Made by a program: the position numbers and the translations under genes
Notes under the pieces: model-generated
Seen by the model: only the letters and a program-made list of their open reading frames with translations
Told to the model about the DNA's origin: nothing
Database searches by the model: none
Part shown: one piece after another, positions 51,825-60,257 of the stretch
Layout: each line of letters opens with the position of its first letter
Numbering within the stretch: the stretch's first letter is position 1
Origin: a virus
Reading direction: 5' to 3' (one strand)
IMG/VR virus record: IMGVR_UViG_3300034072_001149
Location: 32,001-96,000 of that record
DNA: 64,000 nt

Positions 51825-52356
51825 TGTCGTCACTCCTAACGAGTTTGACCGCTACCTGATAGCGTTCATATACTTTGCGAACTACCTCGTTCTCTCGAAC
51901 AATCCGTTGCTCACTAATGTATTTAATCAAATCTTCGCGAGAGATAGACTCAATAGAACCGTCATCCATGACAACATCTACCTTCTTCTCATACCTGTCA
52001 AGTCTAGGAGCATATTGGAAGGTATCATAGTCCCAGCTTTGCGAGTAAGTCTTGCCAGTTGAGCGCGGCATGTAGACATTCATGAGCTGTTTGAGCTGAG
52101 TAATATCAATCTTGTTGTATGACGGACTCGTCTTGCTAGTATCAACCTGAGTGGCATATTTCTGAGGAGTAATAGACAACTCAGAGCTCGTATTGGTTAT
52201 GAACATCTTCTGAGTGAATATGTCGTCCTGAATCATCCTTTGATAATCATACAACAAATCATCATAGGTATTCTTGGGAGCGTTGTAGACGTCCTTCCAA
52301 ATCTTATGAGTGGTATCAGCAGAGTCAGAGTTTTCAGACAATGGGATCTTTTTCAT
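51805..52356 (-). CDS. Hypothetical protein (tandem paralog family)
   Basis: C-terminal ENEVVRKVYERYQVAVKL. Confidence 0.65.
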   Translation of the reverse strand: MKKIPLSENSDSADTTHKIWKDVYNAPKNTYDDLLYDYQRMIQDDIFTQKMFITNTSSELSITPQKYATQVDTSKTSPSYNKIDITQLKQLMNVYMPRSTGKTYSQSWDYDTFQYAPRLDRYEKKVDVVMDDGSIESISREDLIKYISEQRIVRENEVVRKVYERYQVAVKLVRSDDNGDTGV

Positions 52357-52775
52357 GATTCAATCAATTTAAAGGTCATGATAAGTCTGTCCCAACAATC
52401 CTTTAGAACCGCGTGTTCTTCAATACCCTTGAGCAAGATTTCGAAATCTCGTCCCATTCTAACCATCTGGCTTAGGGCTGCTTGGAACTCCTCATGATCA
52501 GCGGGGATTGCCAATCTAGCGTCACTATAGATATTGGAAAAGTTAGCATGTAGGACTCCAATTTCCGTATCATGGTGCTTTAGATAGTGGCTCTGAACTG
52601 TGGCTAGCAAAGTTGACCATTCGGTTCGCAGTTCTCTGACCTTCTTGATTTCCCGATCAAGTCGATCGTTTTTATCTTTTAGTCGGTGAGCAGCATCCCG
52701 CATACCGCTTCGGTAGGCTTCCTGTTTGATCTGCTCTATTTCATTATAAACCGCACTTATTTCATTAGCTTCCAT
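52353..52775 (-). CDS. Hypothetical protein (tandem paralog family)
   Basis: C-terminal EHAVLKDCWDRLIMTFKL. Confidence 0.65.
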   Translation of the reverse strand: MEANEISAVYNEIEQIKQEAYRSGMRDAAHRLKDKNDRLDREIKKVRELRTEWSTLLATVQSHYLKHHDTEIGVLHANFSNIYSDARLAIPADHEEFQAALSQMVRMGRDFEILLKGIEEHAVLKDCWDRLIMTFKLIES

Positions 52776-53013
52776 CGTAACCTGCCAATCTTAATGCCAT
52801 CATGAATTTGTTCCAGGCCTCTTTGACGACTTGATTTTCCTTTACCGCTTTCATCATTATATCAAAATGCGCAGCTTTGGTTTCAGTCGCAAGAATCCTC
52901 TTTTCCATTGATTCAATTTGAGTTTCATAGTGTCTCTGATTTTCATTCAGCTGGCTAATGAGCTTTCTAGCTCTCTCAATCTCAGCTTCTAAGAACTCAG
53001 GCGTCTTAGCCAT
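52765..53013 (-). CDS. Hypothetical coiled-coil protein (tandem paralog family)
   Basis: C-terminal ENQVVKEAWNKFMMALRL. Confidence 0.65.
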   Translation of the reverse strand: MAKTPEFLEAEIERARKLISQLNENQRHYETQIESMEKRILATETKAAHFDIMMKAVKENQVVKEAWNKFMMALRLAGYDGS

Positions 53014-53450
53014 CAGACGTTCTCACTACCGCCTAGTCTTCTCATCAACTGTATATCTTTGAACATCTTATCCAGCTGAGCATTTGATTCCAGGTCTACC
53101 ATTAGATAATGCCATTTCAAGGCATAAAGAGCCATCTTTCGATATGCTCTCTCAAACTTCCGAATCTGGAGTAGATGACGCTGCTCCATTTCTCGAACTG
53201 ATTCAAAGTCGAATTCAGTCTGATACCAACATTCCTCGTCTAGGTCTTCAGAGCCATTGTAAGATGAAAAGGCATCCACTAGATCTTCAGTGGCTTCATA
53301 ATCATCATAAACAGTTACACCAAAAATATCGCAAGCCATCTGCGGTCCAAATGGGTCGGACCGCGTGTGATTGGATGAAGGATAACTGCCAGCTCTTACT
53401 GGCTTAGGAATGTTAGGAATGTTACGAAGTCTATGCGGGTGTCTAGCCAT
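53013..53450 (-). CDS. Hypothetical protein (tandem paralog family)
   Basis: C-terminal SNAQLDKMFKDIQLMRRL. Confidence 0.6.
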   Translation of the reverse strand: MARHPHRLRNIPNIPKPVRAGSYPSSNHTRSDPFGPQMACDIFGVTVYDDYEATEDLVDAFSSYNGSEDLDEECWYQTEFDFESVREMEQRHLLQIRKFERAYRKMALYALKWHYLMVDLESNAQLDKMFKDIQLMRRLGGSENV

Positions 53451-53511
53451 AGAAAAATCCTGGAAAGAGGTTAACTTTCCAGGATTTTACACGATTGCTA
53501 ACCAAAGTTCA

Positions 53512-53772
53512 TTATTGAAGTTCGCCGCGGTCTTTCATAGCATCAATTGATTCAAGTGCTGCCGCTATAACGGCTGCCGCTTTGATGAGGTTGTCTTCAA
53601 ACTCATCAACTTCTGGAACAATCCCATTACGTCTGACTTCAGATGACACATAGTGGGTAACAATAGCTACCCAATCACCTGGAGTATTCTTGACGTCCCA
53701 TTCTGATCCGGGGAGATCAGAATTCCTCTGACGCTCCGCACGGACCTTTTCTAGAAAAACCTCTAACTTCAC
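53512..53772 (-). CDS. Possible MazG-like all-alpha protein
   Basis: VRAERQR...W and LIKAAAVIAAALE pattern. Confidence 0.45.
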   Translation of the reverse strand: MKLEVFLEKVRAERQRNSDLPGSEWDVKNTPGDWVAIVTHYVSSEVRRNGIVPEVDEFEDNLIKAAAVIAAALESIDAMKDRGELQ

Positions 53773-54803
53773 TTTTTAGCCTTTGGTGGACGTCCACGCT
53801 TCTTAGGAGCAGGTGGAGTTGCTACTAGCTCGCCTGGCTTTGTTCCTGCTGGTAGTCCATCTTTGCGAGGACGACCAACCGGCTTCTTAGGCTGCATCGC
53901 AGCCCATTTTTCCTTATCGGCCTTGTCTTCTCGAAGAGCAGCACGATCAAGAAATTCCTGAAGCGCGGCATCACTGGTGTCTACTTGATTGCCTTCAATT
54001 TCCACTTCTTCAACGCTGCTCATACGCTGTAGTTCTTCGGTAGCAGCTTGGAGCGCCATCCTTACGTCCTCAGGTAGATCCAGCATGTTGGGATCTTCGA
54101 TAACAGGACTTTCCAGCGTCATAGAGGGTTCTACAACAGTCACATGCTCTTCAGCTGTAGCGTGAACGACGTCAACGGGTTCAACCGTCTCAGAGACACT
54201 CTCAGGGGCAGTAACCGCTGCCTCGATTACTTCTGGACTAGCCGTCACCTGTGTGTTTGCTGCTTCTGGGCGAAGACTTGGAACTAGGCGATATGCTTGC
54301 TCTCTTTTGCGAGCTGCTTCTTCTTCTAGGTCCATTGCCTGGCGGATGATATTCTTAGCGATATCATACTGAGCCTGGGCACTATCCGTTCTCTGATTTT
54401 CCAGAACTCGGTTTTCCAGCTGCTGATCAACAACTGGAGGGGCATCCTCACCATTCATGTAGTCCACAATGGTTCTCAAAGGGCAAGGAGCGTTTGGGGC
54501 TGGATACATGACAATGTTGTCAATTTCTACAACACGAAGCAGACCGTAGGTGTGTAGGGCATTCATCATATCTAGACCTAGATCAGGAAGGATTCTTCTC
54601 TGAAGCAAGGTATGTAGATGAGGCGTCTGTTGACCTTCTGTTGAATCAATGATATCCATCAGAGCATCGTGGAAACGATCAGGAAGTGCGTCAGTATCCA
54701 CGACTAGTGCGTTATTTTCATTTCCAGGAATCTGCATGAAAACCACGACGCAGCGGCGATCAGTATTTCTGATTCTGCCCACGTGCTTTTTAAAAGTGCT
54801 CAT
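53769..54803 (-). CDS. Conserved jumbo-phage protein with AT-hook-like C-terminus
   Basis: AGGAG SD; KHVGR N-terminus; GRPRK and KRGRPPK motifs. Confidence 0.7.
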   Translation of the reverse strand: MSTFKKHVGRIRNTDRRCVVVFMQIPGNENNALVVDTDALPDRFHDALMDIIDSTEGQQTPHLHTLLQRRILPDLGLDMMNALHTYGLLRVVEIDNIVMYPAPNAPCPLRTIVDYMNGEDAPPVVDQQLENRVLENQRTDSAQAQYDIAKNIIRQAMDLEEEAARKREQAYRLVPSLRPEAANTQVTASPEVIEAAVTAPESVSETVEPVDVVHATAEEHVTVVEPSMTLESPVIEDPNMLDLPEDVRMALQAATEELQRMSSVEEVEIEGNQVDTSDAALQEFLDRAALREDKADKEKWAAMQPKKPVGRPRKDGLPAGTKPGELVATPPAPKKRGRPPKAKK

Positions 54804-54926
54804 TTTTGAGTTCTCCTTTTTGGATGTTGTGGAAATAACTTTCCATACATCAAATTCGTCCTCTCCAAAGGCACCGCTTGTTGGTTCTTGGAGAATATTT
54901 GGTGCTGTAGGCGCACCATACGGTTA

Positions 54927-55142
54927 TCAGGTTACGGGCTCGCCTTCGCCTTCCTTTGCTTCCTCTTCCTTGGGAAGATTTGCTTCTAGAAAAGCAGCCA
55001 GCTTGTCACGAACTGATCCAACGCTGGTCAGCTCACCGCCTTTGAACGCACCTCGTTCAGCAGCAACGTCAATGATACGAAGGGTATTCTGTAGATCAAC
55101 TAGAGTGATCTGTGGGCTTTCAGCCTGAGTTTCTTCAGCCAT
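54927..55142 (-). CDS. Small conserved phage protein
   Basis: AGGAG SD; IIDVAAERGAFKGGEL motif; late promoter at 55229. Confidence 0.75.
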   Translation of the reverse strand: MAEETQAESPQITLVDLQNTLRIIDVAAERGAFKGGELTSVGSVRDKLAAFLEANLPKEEEAKEGEGEPVT

Positions 55143-55256
55143 AGTAATCTCCTATTTTCGGCTTATCCGATCTACAGAGAATACTAGATATTGGGTACAA
55201 AACTCAATATTCTAACGGCACTCAACCGTATTTAGTTAAGTGCCGTTAGAACTTTT

Positions 55257-55832
55257 TCAAAGCGTTGTTGGACGCTTTCGCCGCCTGGGCTTGATGGTCA
55301 CAAGGTCGGTATCCCAACCAGTGAACTGAGCCCAAGCCTCATGAGGAACGTCGATGGGAAGCTTTTGGGCCTTGGCTACTAGCTGGTAATAGTCAGGACG
55401 CTTGGGCTTACCACAAAGAGGTGTAGCCATGAAGTGGGCCTTCTGATGGTTACACTCGCTACACGCAGCTACAACGTTCTCCCAGCGAGTCTTACCGCCA
55501 TGGAACCTTGGGATCACGTGGTCAAGAGTCAGGGGGCCCTTTACCTCGCTCTCATGCTTACCACAATACTGACAACGATGGTCATCGCGCAGCATGATGT
55601 TGTTTCGGCTGAACTTGACCCCGCGAGATACCTTGACATACTCTCGCAGCAGAAGAACGGCAGGCACCTTGATGGTGGTGGAAGGGCTGTGGACCTCCCA
55701 GTCCTCATAGTGGGCCAGAACTTCAGCGTTCTCTAGAAATTGTAGCTTGATAGCAGCTTGCCAGCTAAGAGTGCTCAGAGGCACTACGCTTAGTGGCAGA
55801 CCATCGGCGTTTAGAATCAAAGTGTCAGACAT
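55257..55832 (-). CDS. HNH endonuclease (McrA-like)
   Basis: RDDHRCQYCG, TLDHVIP and NVVAACSECN motifs. Confidence 0.9.
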   Translation of the reverse strand: MSDTLILNADGLPLSVVPLSTLSWQAAIKLQFLENAEVLAHYEDWEVHSPSTTIKVPAVLLLREYVKVSRGVKFSRNNIMLRDDHRCQYCGKHESEVKGPLTLDHVIPRFHGGKTRWENVVAACSECNHQKAHFMATPLCGKPKRPDYYQLVAKAQKLPIDVPHEAWAQFTGWDTDLVTIKPRRRKRPTTL

Positions 55833-55945
55833 GGGTCACCATCGTTCTTCTGCGAAGTTGTGTACCCCTACACACTTCTACTTATACAGGCAAATAGGGC
55901 TTAATCAATCTAAAAAAGTGATCGGATTATAAAATATCTACTAAG

Positions 55946-57214
55946 TCAATGATACTTAAAGTTTTTTATATCCAAACTGTCATTCTGGAAAAGTATATCA
56001 GCTGAAGTTAGCCTTCCTCCTTTGCCGCAGCCAGTATCCATGAAGATTGCCTCTCCTCCCTTGGATCCCTTGACCTTAAGTGGCTGAGTAGTGGATCTGA
56101 TGTCGTGTCCTACCATGACTCTTTTTCCAGAAGGAATTCTGTTAACCCATTCATATATGCGAGTTGGGTAACCATCAGCTCTTGGCTCCGAGGTATTGTC
56201 AACTTCTCCAAACAGTGCCATAGTTTCAAATTTGCCTATAAGCCTAGGGGAATCGATATCAAACATTTCCGGTTCAGCGGCGCCATGTGTAAAAAGAGTA
56301 TTGCCAATGACCCAATGATGTCTGGATAGACCAAGAAGGGCTTTGTATCGAATCTCAAATTTCCTTCTTGCTTCTGATCCCAATTCTTCAATAGCCCTGG
56401 TAGTGACTTTGTTTCCATCACTCAATCGAACTTTGACATCATTATGTTTGATCTGCTCTAACCATCTTTCAATCTTGCGTTCGTGATTGCCAATCAAACA
56501 AAGCCCGCGCCCGCGTGACACTACATTGTAGACCTGATCAACACATTCTATGGGATTGGGTCCATAGTCAATTATGTCACCTAGAAAGATACAAAAAAGG
56601 TTTCTCTTAGCTGCCCATTCTATTGCTGCCTTGAGAGGTTCTAGCATGGCATGGACGTCACCAATTACCATAAGACCCCTGAAACCCAGTTTTTCAATGT
56701 TCTCTTTGAGAAGATCATTTGACAGTTTGGGAACTACTTCAAAGTTCTCCTTGCGTGTATCAATTACATTGGCGACACCATCCCCGCGCAATATATCTCG
56801 TTCGTTGTTTCTGAAGATATGTTCCTGCTTGGTAATGGCAGATATTGCTCCTGGTCGCCAACTGTTTCTAGCATCAATCAGCTTGGATTCCAGACTTCGA
56901 TTACAGACGATATAGAAGATGGGAACCCCCACCTTTAAGGCTATATCAGCCAGGCTAATCCTGTCTTTTTTCCTCAAATTAGTGGCATCAACTACTACTC
57001 GCTCGCCCAATTCTAGCTTGAGTTGAGCTCTACGATACACCTCTCTGAATACAATGTCATTGATATTTGTTTTCTGGACATCACCACAAAGCTCATAGCG
57101 AATAGCTTCACTACTCATGATTTCGTGATCAGCAAACATTTTAGACAGAGTTGTCTTGCCGCTGTTGGCCGGACCCACAAAGATCACCAAACTATGAAGT
57201 GGTATTCTTTTCAT
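55946..57214 (-). CDS. Polynucleotide kinase-phosphatase (Pnkp-like, no ligase domain)
   Basis: GPANSGKT and VVDATN kinase motifs; GDVH, GDIIDYGP, GNHE, GH and DTG metallophosphatase motifs. Confidence 0.85.
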   Translation of the reverse strand: MKRIPLHSLVIFVGPANSGKTTLSKMFADHEIMSSEAIRYELCGDVQKTNINDIVFREVYRRAQLKLELGERVVVDATNLRKKDRISLADIALKVGVPIFYIVCNRSLESKLIDARNSWRPGAISAITKQEHIFRNNERDILRGDGVANVIDTRKENFEVVPKLSNDLLKENIEKLGFRGLMVIGDVHAMLEPLKAAIEWAAKRNLFCIFLGDIIDYGPNPIECVDQVYNVVSRGRGLCLIGNHERKIERWLEQIKHNDVKVRLSDGNKVTTRAIEELGSEARRKFEIRYKALLGLSRHHWVIGNTLFTHGAAEPEMFDIDSPRLIGKFETMALFGEVDNTSEPRADGYPTRIYEWVNRIPSGKRVMVGHDIRSTTQPLKVKGSKGGEAIFMDTGCGKGGRLTSADILFQNDSLDIKNFKYH

Positions 57215-57220
57215 ATCACC

Positions 57221-57262
57221 AGTATAAATGAAATTGACACTGACGTCAATTTTGTAACATAA
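57221..57262. promoter_or_regulatory. Overlapping divergent sigma70-type promoters on a palindrome
   Basis: AAATTGACACTGACGTCAATTT; minus strand TTGACG-17-TATACT; plus strand TTGACA...CATAAT. Confidence 0.6.
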
Positions 57263-57287
57263 TAGAGCATACAGGTGAGGATTCTAT

Positions 57288-57734
57288 ATGCGCCGCTCTT
57301 ATCTAATTGCCAGCCTTGCTGGTGCTATTGCTCTATTTACAACCGGATCACTTGTGGTGGTTTCCAACCGGGCATCTAAGATTGAGTCATTCAAAACCAA
57401 GCTTTCAGAGCTTACATTTTGTAAAACGGCTTATGAGATTGCCAGTTCTCACCCCAGCTATATCTCACGATTCGTTGAAGACGAACGGACCAAAGAAGAA
57501 CTTCTCAAGGAGTCAGAACTCCTGAACTCCAAAAAGGAGAAGATTGATCTTCTTATTGATCAGCATATCAAGGAAGCGGCCGAATTACCGCTGGATGACA
57601 TCTCGGTGCGAACCCTTATTGATAAAACCACCTGGGACGCAGAACTTGAAGCGGTTCAAGCGGCAGGTTGGGTCGAGGAACACGAAGCATTCCTCGACCA
57701 AATTGACGAAATCTGCAAACCATACTTCAAGTAA
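57288..57734 (+). CDS. Hypothetical membrane-anchored/exported protein
   Basis: GAGG SD; N-terminal hydrophobic segment. Confidence 0.65.
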   Translation: MRRSYLIASLAGAIALFTTGSLVVVSNRASKIESFKTKLSELTFCKTAYEIASSHPSYISRFVEDERTKEELLKESELLNSKKEKIDLLIDQHIKEAAELPLDDISVRTLIDKTTWDAELEAVQAAGWVEEHEAFLDQIDEICKPYFK

Positions 57735-58299
57735 TGGTCGCATGACCTTCTGATGAAATACGGAGAGTCCCGCGCTTGACTCGAAGGGAACCCTTAGTGC
57801 TAGGATGCTCAGGGTTCTCTCGAGTAGTAAACCCAGTCTGACATTCCATGTGATGAACATAGAACGTTTTACCGCGAGCTTTGACTACCCACATGGGAAT
57901 GAAATCAAACTCCATGGACTTCTTGTTGAAGTGGAAGTCGATGTTTTTGCTTTCAAACTCCAGAGGGAACTCCTTGAACTGCTCCGCAATCCCTCTCTTC
58001 ATGGACTTGATCTGATTCCAACGAATCTTAGCCGTTTCCAAAGCAGTCATGAGCTTGCGGGCAATTGCCCTTTTGTGACCATGTTCGATTCGCAGTTTAC
58101 TGATACGATCCCGAACAGGATCCAACATAGGATCCAGATGGTTCTCATATTCACTAAACTTTCGTTCTAGTGCCTTGATCTGGAACTTGCTTTCTCGGAC
58201 CTCCGAAGAGGCGTGAGCATAAAGCTCACGCCAATCGGAACGCCACTCAATGTAACCCTGATAATCGGTGAAGTTGGGCTGAATACCGTGGACGCTCAT
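57727..58299 (-). CDS. Hypothetical protein
   Basis: AGGAG SD; YIEWRSDWRELY shared with 58311..58565. Confidence 0.7.
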   Translation of the reverse strand: MSVHGIQPNFTDYQGYIEWRSDWRELYAHASSEVRESKFQIKALERKFSEYENHLDPMLDPVRDRISKLRIEHGHKRAIARKLMTALETAKIRWNQIKSMKRGIAEQFKEFPLEFESKNIDFHFNKKSMEFDFIPMWVVKARGKTFYVHHMECQTGFTTRENPEHPSTKGSLRVKRGTLRISSEGHATIT

Positions 58300-58310
58300 T
58301 TTGATTCTCC

Positions 58311-58565
58311 TTAAGCAGCGGTTGCGACAGATGCCGCTGCCAGCTGATTATTCTTGAACTCCGTTGCTGCGGTGCGTTCCAGCATCAGCTGATTAGCACG
58401 GACACGCAGGCGGTGTAGCTGGCTCTGTAGACCAGAGTTATCGTTGCCCTTGTTTTCCCGCTGTTCTCGCTTGTTGGCGCGAATCTCGAGAGTGAGCTCC
58501 TTGTATTGAGCTCGCCAATCAGCACGATAAGCCAGGTATTCTTCACGAGTAGTAAAAGTAAACAT
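58311..58565 (-). CDS. Hypothetical protein
   Basis: YLAYRADWRAQY; paralogous to the N-terminus of 57727..58299. Confidence 0.7.
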   Translation of the reverse strand: MFTFTTREEYLAYRADWRAQYKELTLEIRANKREQRENKGNDNSGLQSQLHRLRVRANQLMLERTAATEFKNNQLAAASVATAA

Positions 58566-58876
58566 TAGATTTCTCCTCCAAAAGTCAGTTTAAAAAGCAG
58601 TGCGGTGTCACGGTTCTCGAAATACCACTTATCGGCACCACCGTTGTGCCAAAAGCTACCCTGTTGTTCCTTACACCAGGTCATCATTTCCGACAACGGA
58701 CCACCTTTTTGAATATTAACGGTGGTACATTCCGGCCAAGCTTCCCGGAGTCGCTTACTCCAGTGTTTGTCTCGAGTGCTCTGTCCAACTGGTGGACAGA
58801 ACTTGAGGCCACATTCCCTCCAAGCTTTGATATAAGCTTGGGTGGCAATTGACTGGGCTGTGTTGAAGTCCATCAT
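58565..58876 (-). CDS. Hypothetical protein (DAxxFKL family)
   Basis: MMTWC...WYFENRDTALLFKLTF. Confidence 0.7.
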   Translation of the reverse strand: MMDFNTAQSIATQAYIKAWRECGLKFCPPVGQSTRDKHWSKRLREAWPECTTVNIQKGGPLSEMMTWCKEQQGSFWHNGGADKWYFENRDTALLFKLTFGGEI

Positions 58877-59334
58877 CAGCTGACCGCCGAGAATCGCTTC
58901 GTGATTGCGTGGGCTTGTTCTTTGGTGCAGGGACCAATGCCAAGCGCAGTCACAATGGGCTGACCATCAAATGCCGTTCCCGGCACTACATGGTTCTTGT
59001 CAATGATGAGGGAAGTAATCAGACCAGCTTCCTGAGCCGCCTCATACGCTCGCAGGATCGCTGCTTCGTTCTTGGCTTTGAGGATGATCTGAGTGCCGAT
59101 AAAGTCCGGGCCCTGGTAAACGCGCAGGAGCTCAGGATCTCGACGGCTAGCAAGAAGCACACAATTCTTGGCAGCGTGACAAGCCTGGCTTGCCAACTTG
59201 CCTGGCTTCATATCCAGGTCGCCTCGAATGATGCTGTAGATGCGAAGCTTTTCAGACGCAGCTTCGAAGGCGTCATAGTCGTTGTCGTTGTCGTAACGAG
59301 CAGCGGCTTCCTACAAGAAAGAATTCGTGATCAT
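58876..59334 (-). CDS. Peptidyl-tRNA hydrolase Pth2 with in-frame TAG at codon 8
   Basis: Promoter plus AAGGA SD plus ATG 59334; MITNSFL*EAAARY...KLRIYSIIRGDLDMKPGKLASQACHA...TALGIGP; TAG at 59311-59313. Confidence 0.85.
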
Positions 59335-59375
59335 TGTCGTTCCTTTTGGTTACTGTCCAACATCGGACAAGCTTC

Positions 59376-59403
59376 AACATAAGAGGGTTTCAGGATATGT
59401 CAA
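59376..59403 (-). promoter_or_regulatory. Sigma70-type early promoter of the Pth2 gene
   Basis: TTGACA (59403-59398), 16 nt, TATGTT (59381-59376). Confidence 0.6.
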
Positions 59404-59416
59404 CCGTCTTTTTGAA

Positions 59417-59776
59417 TTATTCTCTCCAACGCAATTTGAACATCATTGCGTCTTTGCCATTTTCAAAGATAACTCCCACACTGGACGAGCAACCGCTGGT
59501 CCATCCTGCTTTTTTGAAGTCACCAAACTTTACATTGCTTTCAAGCCATGGTAACATTTCTGAAAAGGTGGAGGCTATGAATCCAGTGATTCTAACCAAA
59601 TACCATCCTGGATATTTGGAATTCACGGTATCAACAAAATCAAGATCGGGGAAATCGTCTTCCTCAAACATACTGTTGAGTTTGGCTTCTCCCAAGACAC
59701 CATCGGTCTCAGGTTCCGCTACATCGTCGAACCATTCTTCGACGTGATCTGTATTTTCATTACGATAGTAGGGCAT
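59417..59776 (-). CDS. Hypothetical protein (DAxxFKL family)
   Basis: MLPWLE...VIFENGKDAMMFKLRW. Confidence 0.7.
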   Translation of the reverse strand: MPYYRNENTDHVEEWFDDVAEPETDGVLGEAKLNSMFEEDDFPDLDFVDTVNSKYPGWYLVRITGFIASTFSEMLPWLESNVKFGDFKKAGWTSGCSSSVGVIFENGKDAMMFKLRWRE

Positions 59777-59792
59777 TTTCTCAACTCACTCT

Positions 59793-59867
59793 TTAAATCA
59801 AACCATAGACGGATTGATAGTGAGGAGGAGCCCGAGGAGCCTAGTGTTGGGTAAGAATCTTTTTCAT
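59793..59867 (-). CDS. Candidate mini-ORF/leader peptide MKKILTQH*APRAPPHYQSVYGLI with in-frame TAG and RAPP motif
   Basis: ATG 3 nt after the upstream TAA; TAG at 59841-59843; CGG GCT CCT CCT; TAA at 59793-59795. Confidence 0.5.
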
Positions 59868-59870
59868 GCC

Positions 59871-60257
59871 TTACTTATACTGATCTAACATATAAGAGTC
59901 AATATTCAAGGACAGTTTGGCAATGAGAGCATCATTGGCTGTTTGGGTTCTGACTACTAGGCGCATCTGATATTCAGAACCACTTGAAAAGTCATCATCA
60001 ATTTCCATAAAACTAAAGAAATGACCTTTTATACAATCCAAGATCTGACGGAAGATTTCGGGATTGGGCCAATAGAAAAATGAAGGATAAACACAAACAA
60101 ATGGCTTACCATAAAATACGAAGTCAAGTGGGGTATCAGACGTCCAGTCTATGGTAGCGACTGGTTCAGTAAATCTCCGATTAAGAGAACCGTAGATACA
60201 GTCTTTACTAGTCCTGTAGACTGTTTTGACTAGCGGTCGACTAGTTGAGGAGATCAC
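59871..60257 (-). CDS. Hypothetical protein
   Basis: Fills the gap in a co-directional cluster; NDALIAKL tail; start uncertain. Confidence 0.55.
   Translation of the reverse strand: MISSTSRPLVKTVYRTSKDCIYGSLNRRFTEPVATIDWTSDTPLDFVFYGKPFVCVYPSFFYWPNPEIFRQILDCIKGHFFSFMEIDDDFSSGSEYQMRLVVRTQTANDALIAKLSLNIDSYMLDQYK

Noticed and set aside
54804-54929. Open frame linking 54927..55142 to 53769..54803
   Set aside because: Blocked by tandem TGA TAA rather than TAG, and the downstream gene has its own strong SD
58876-59211. 111-aa Pth2 as given in the ORF track
   Set aside because: It starts inside the conserved motif, lacks the first strand and has no convincing SD; the upstream ATG at 59334 is better supported
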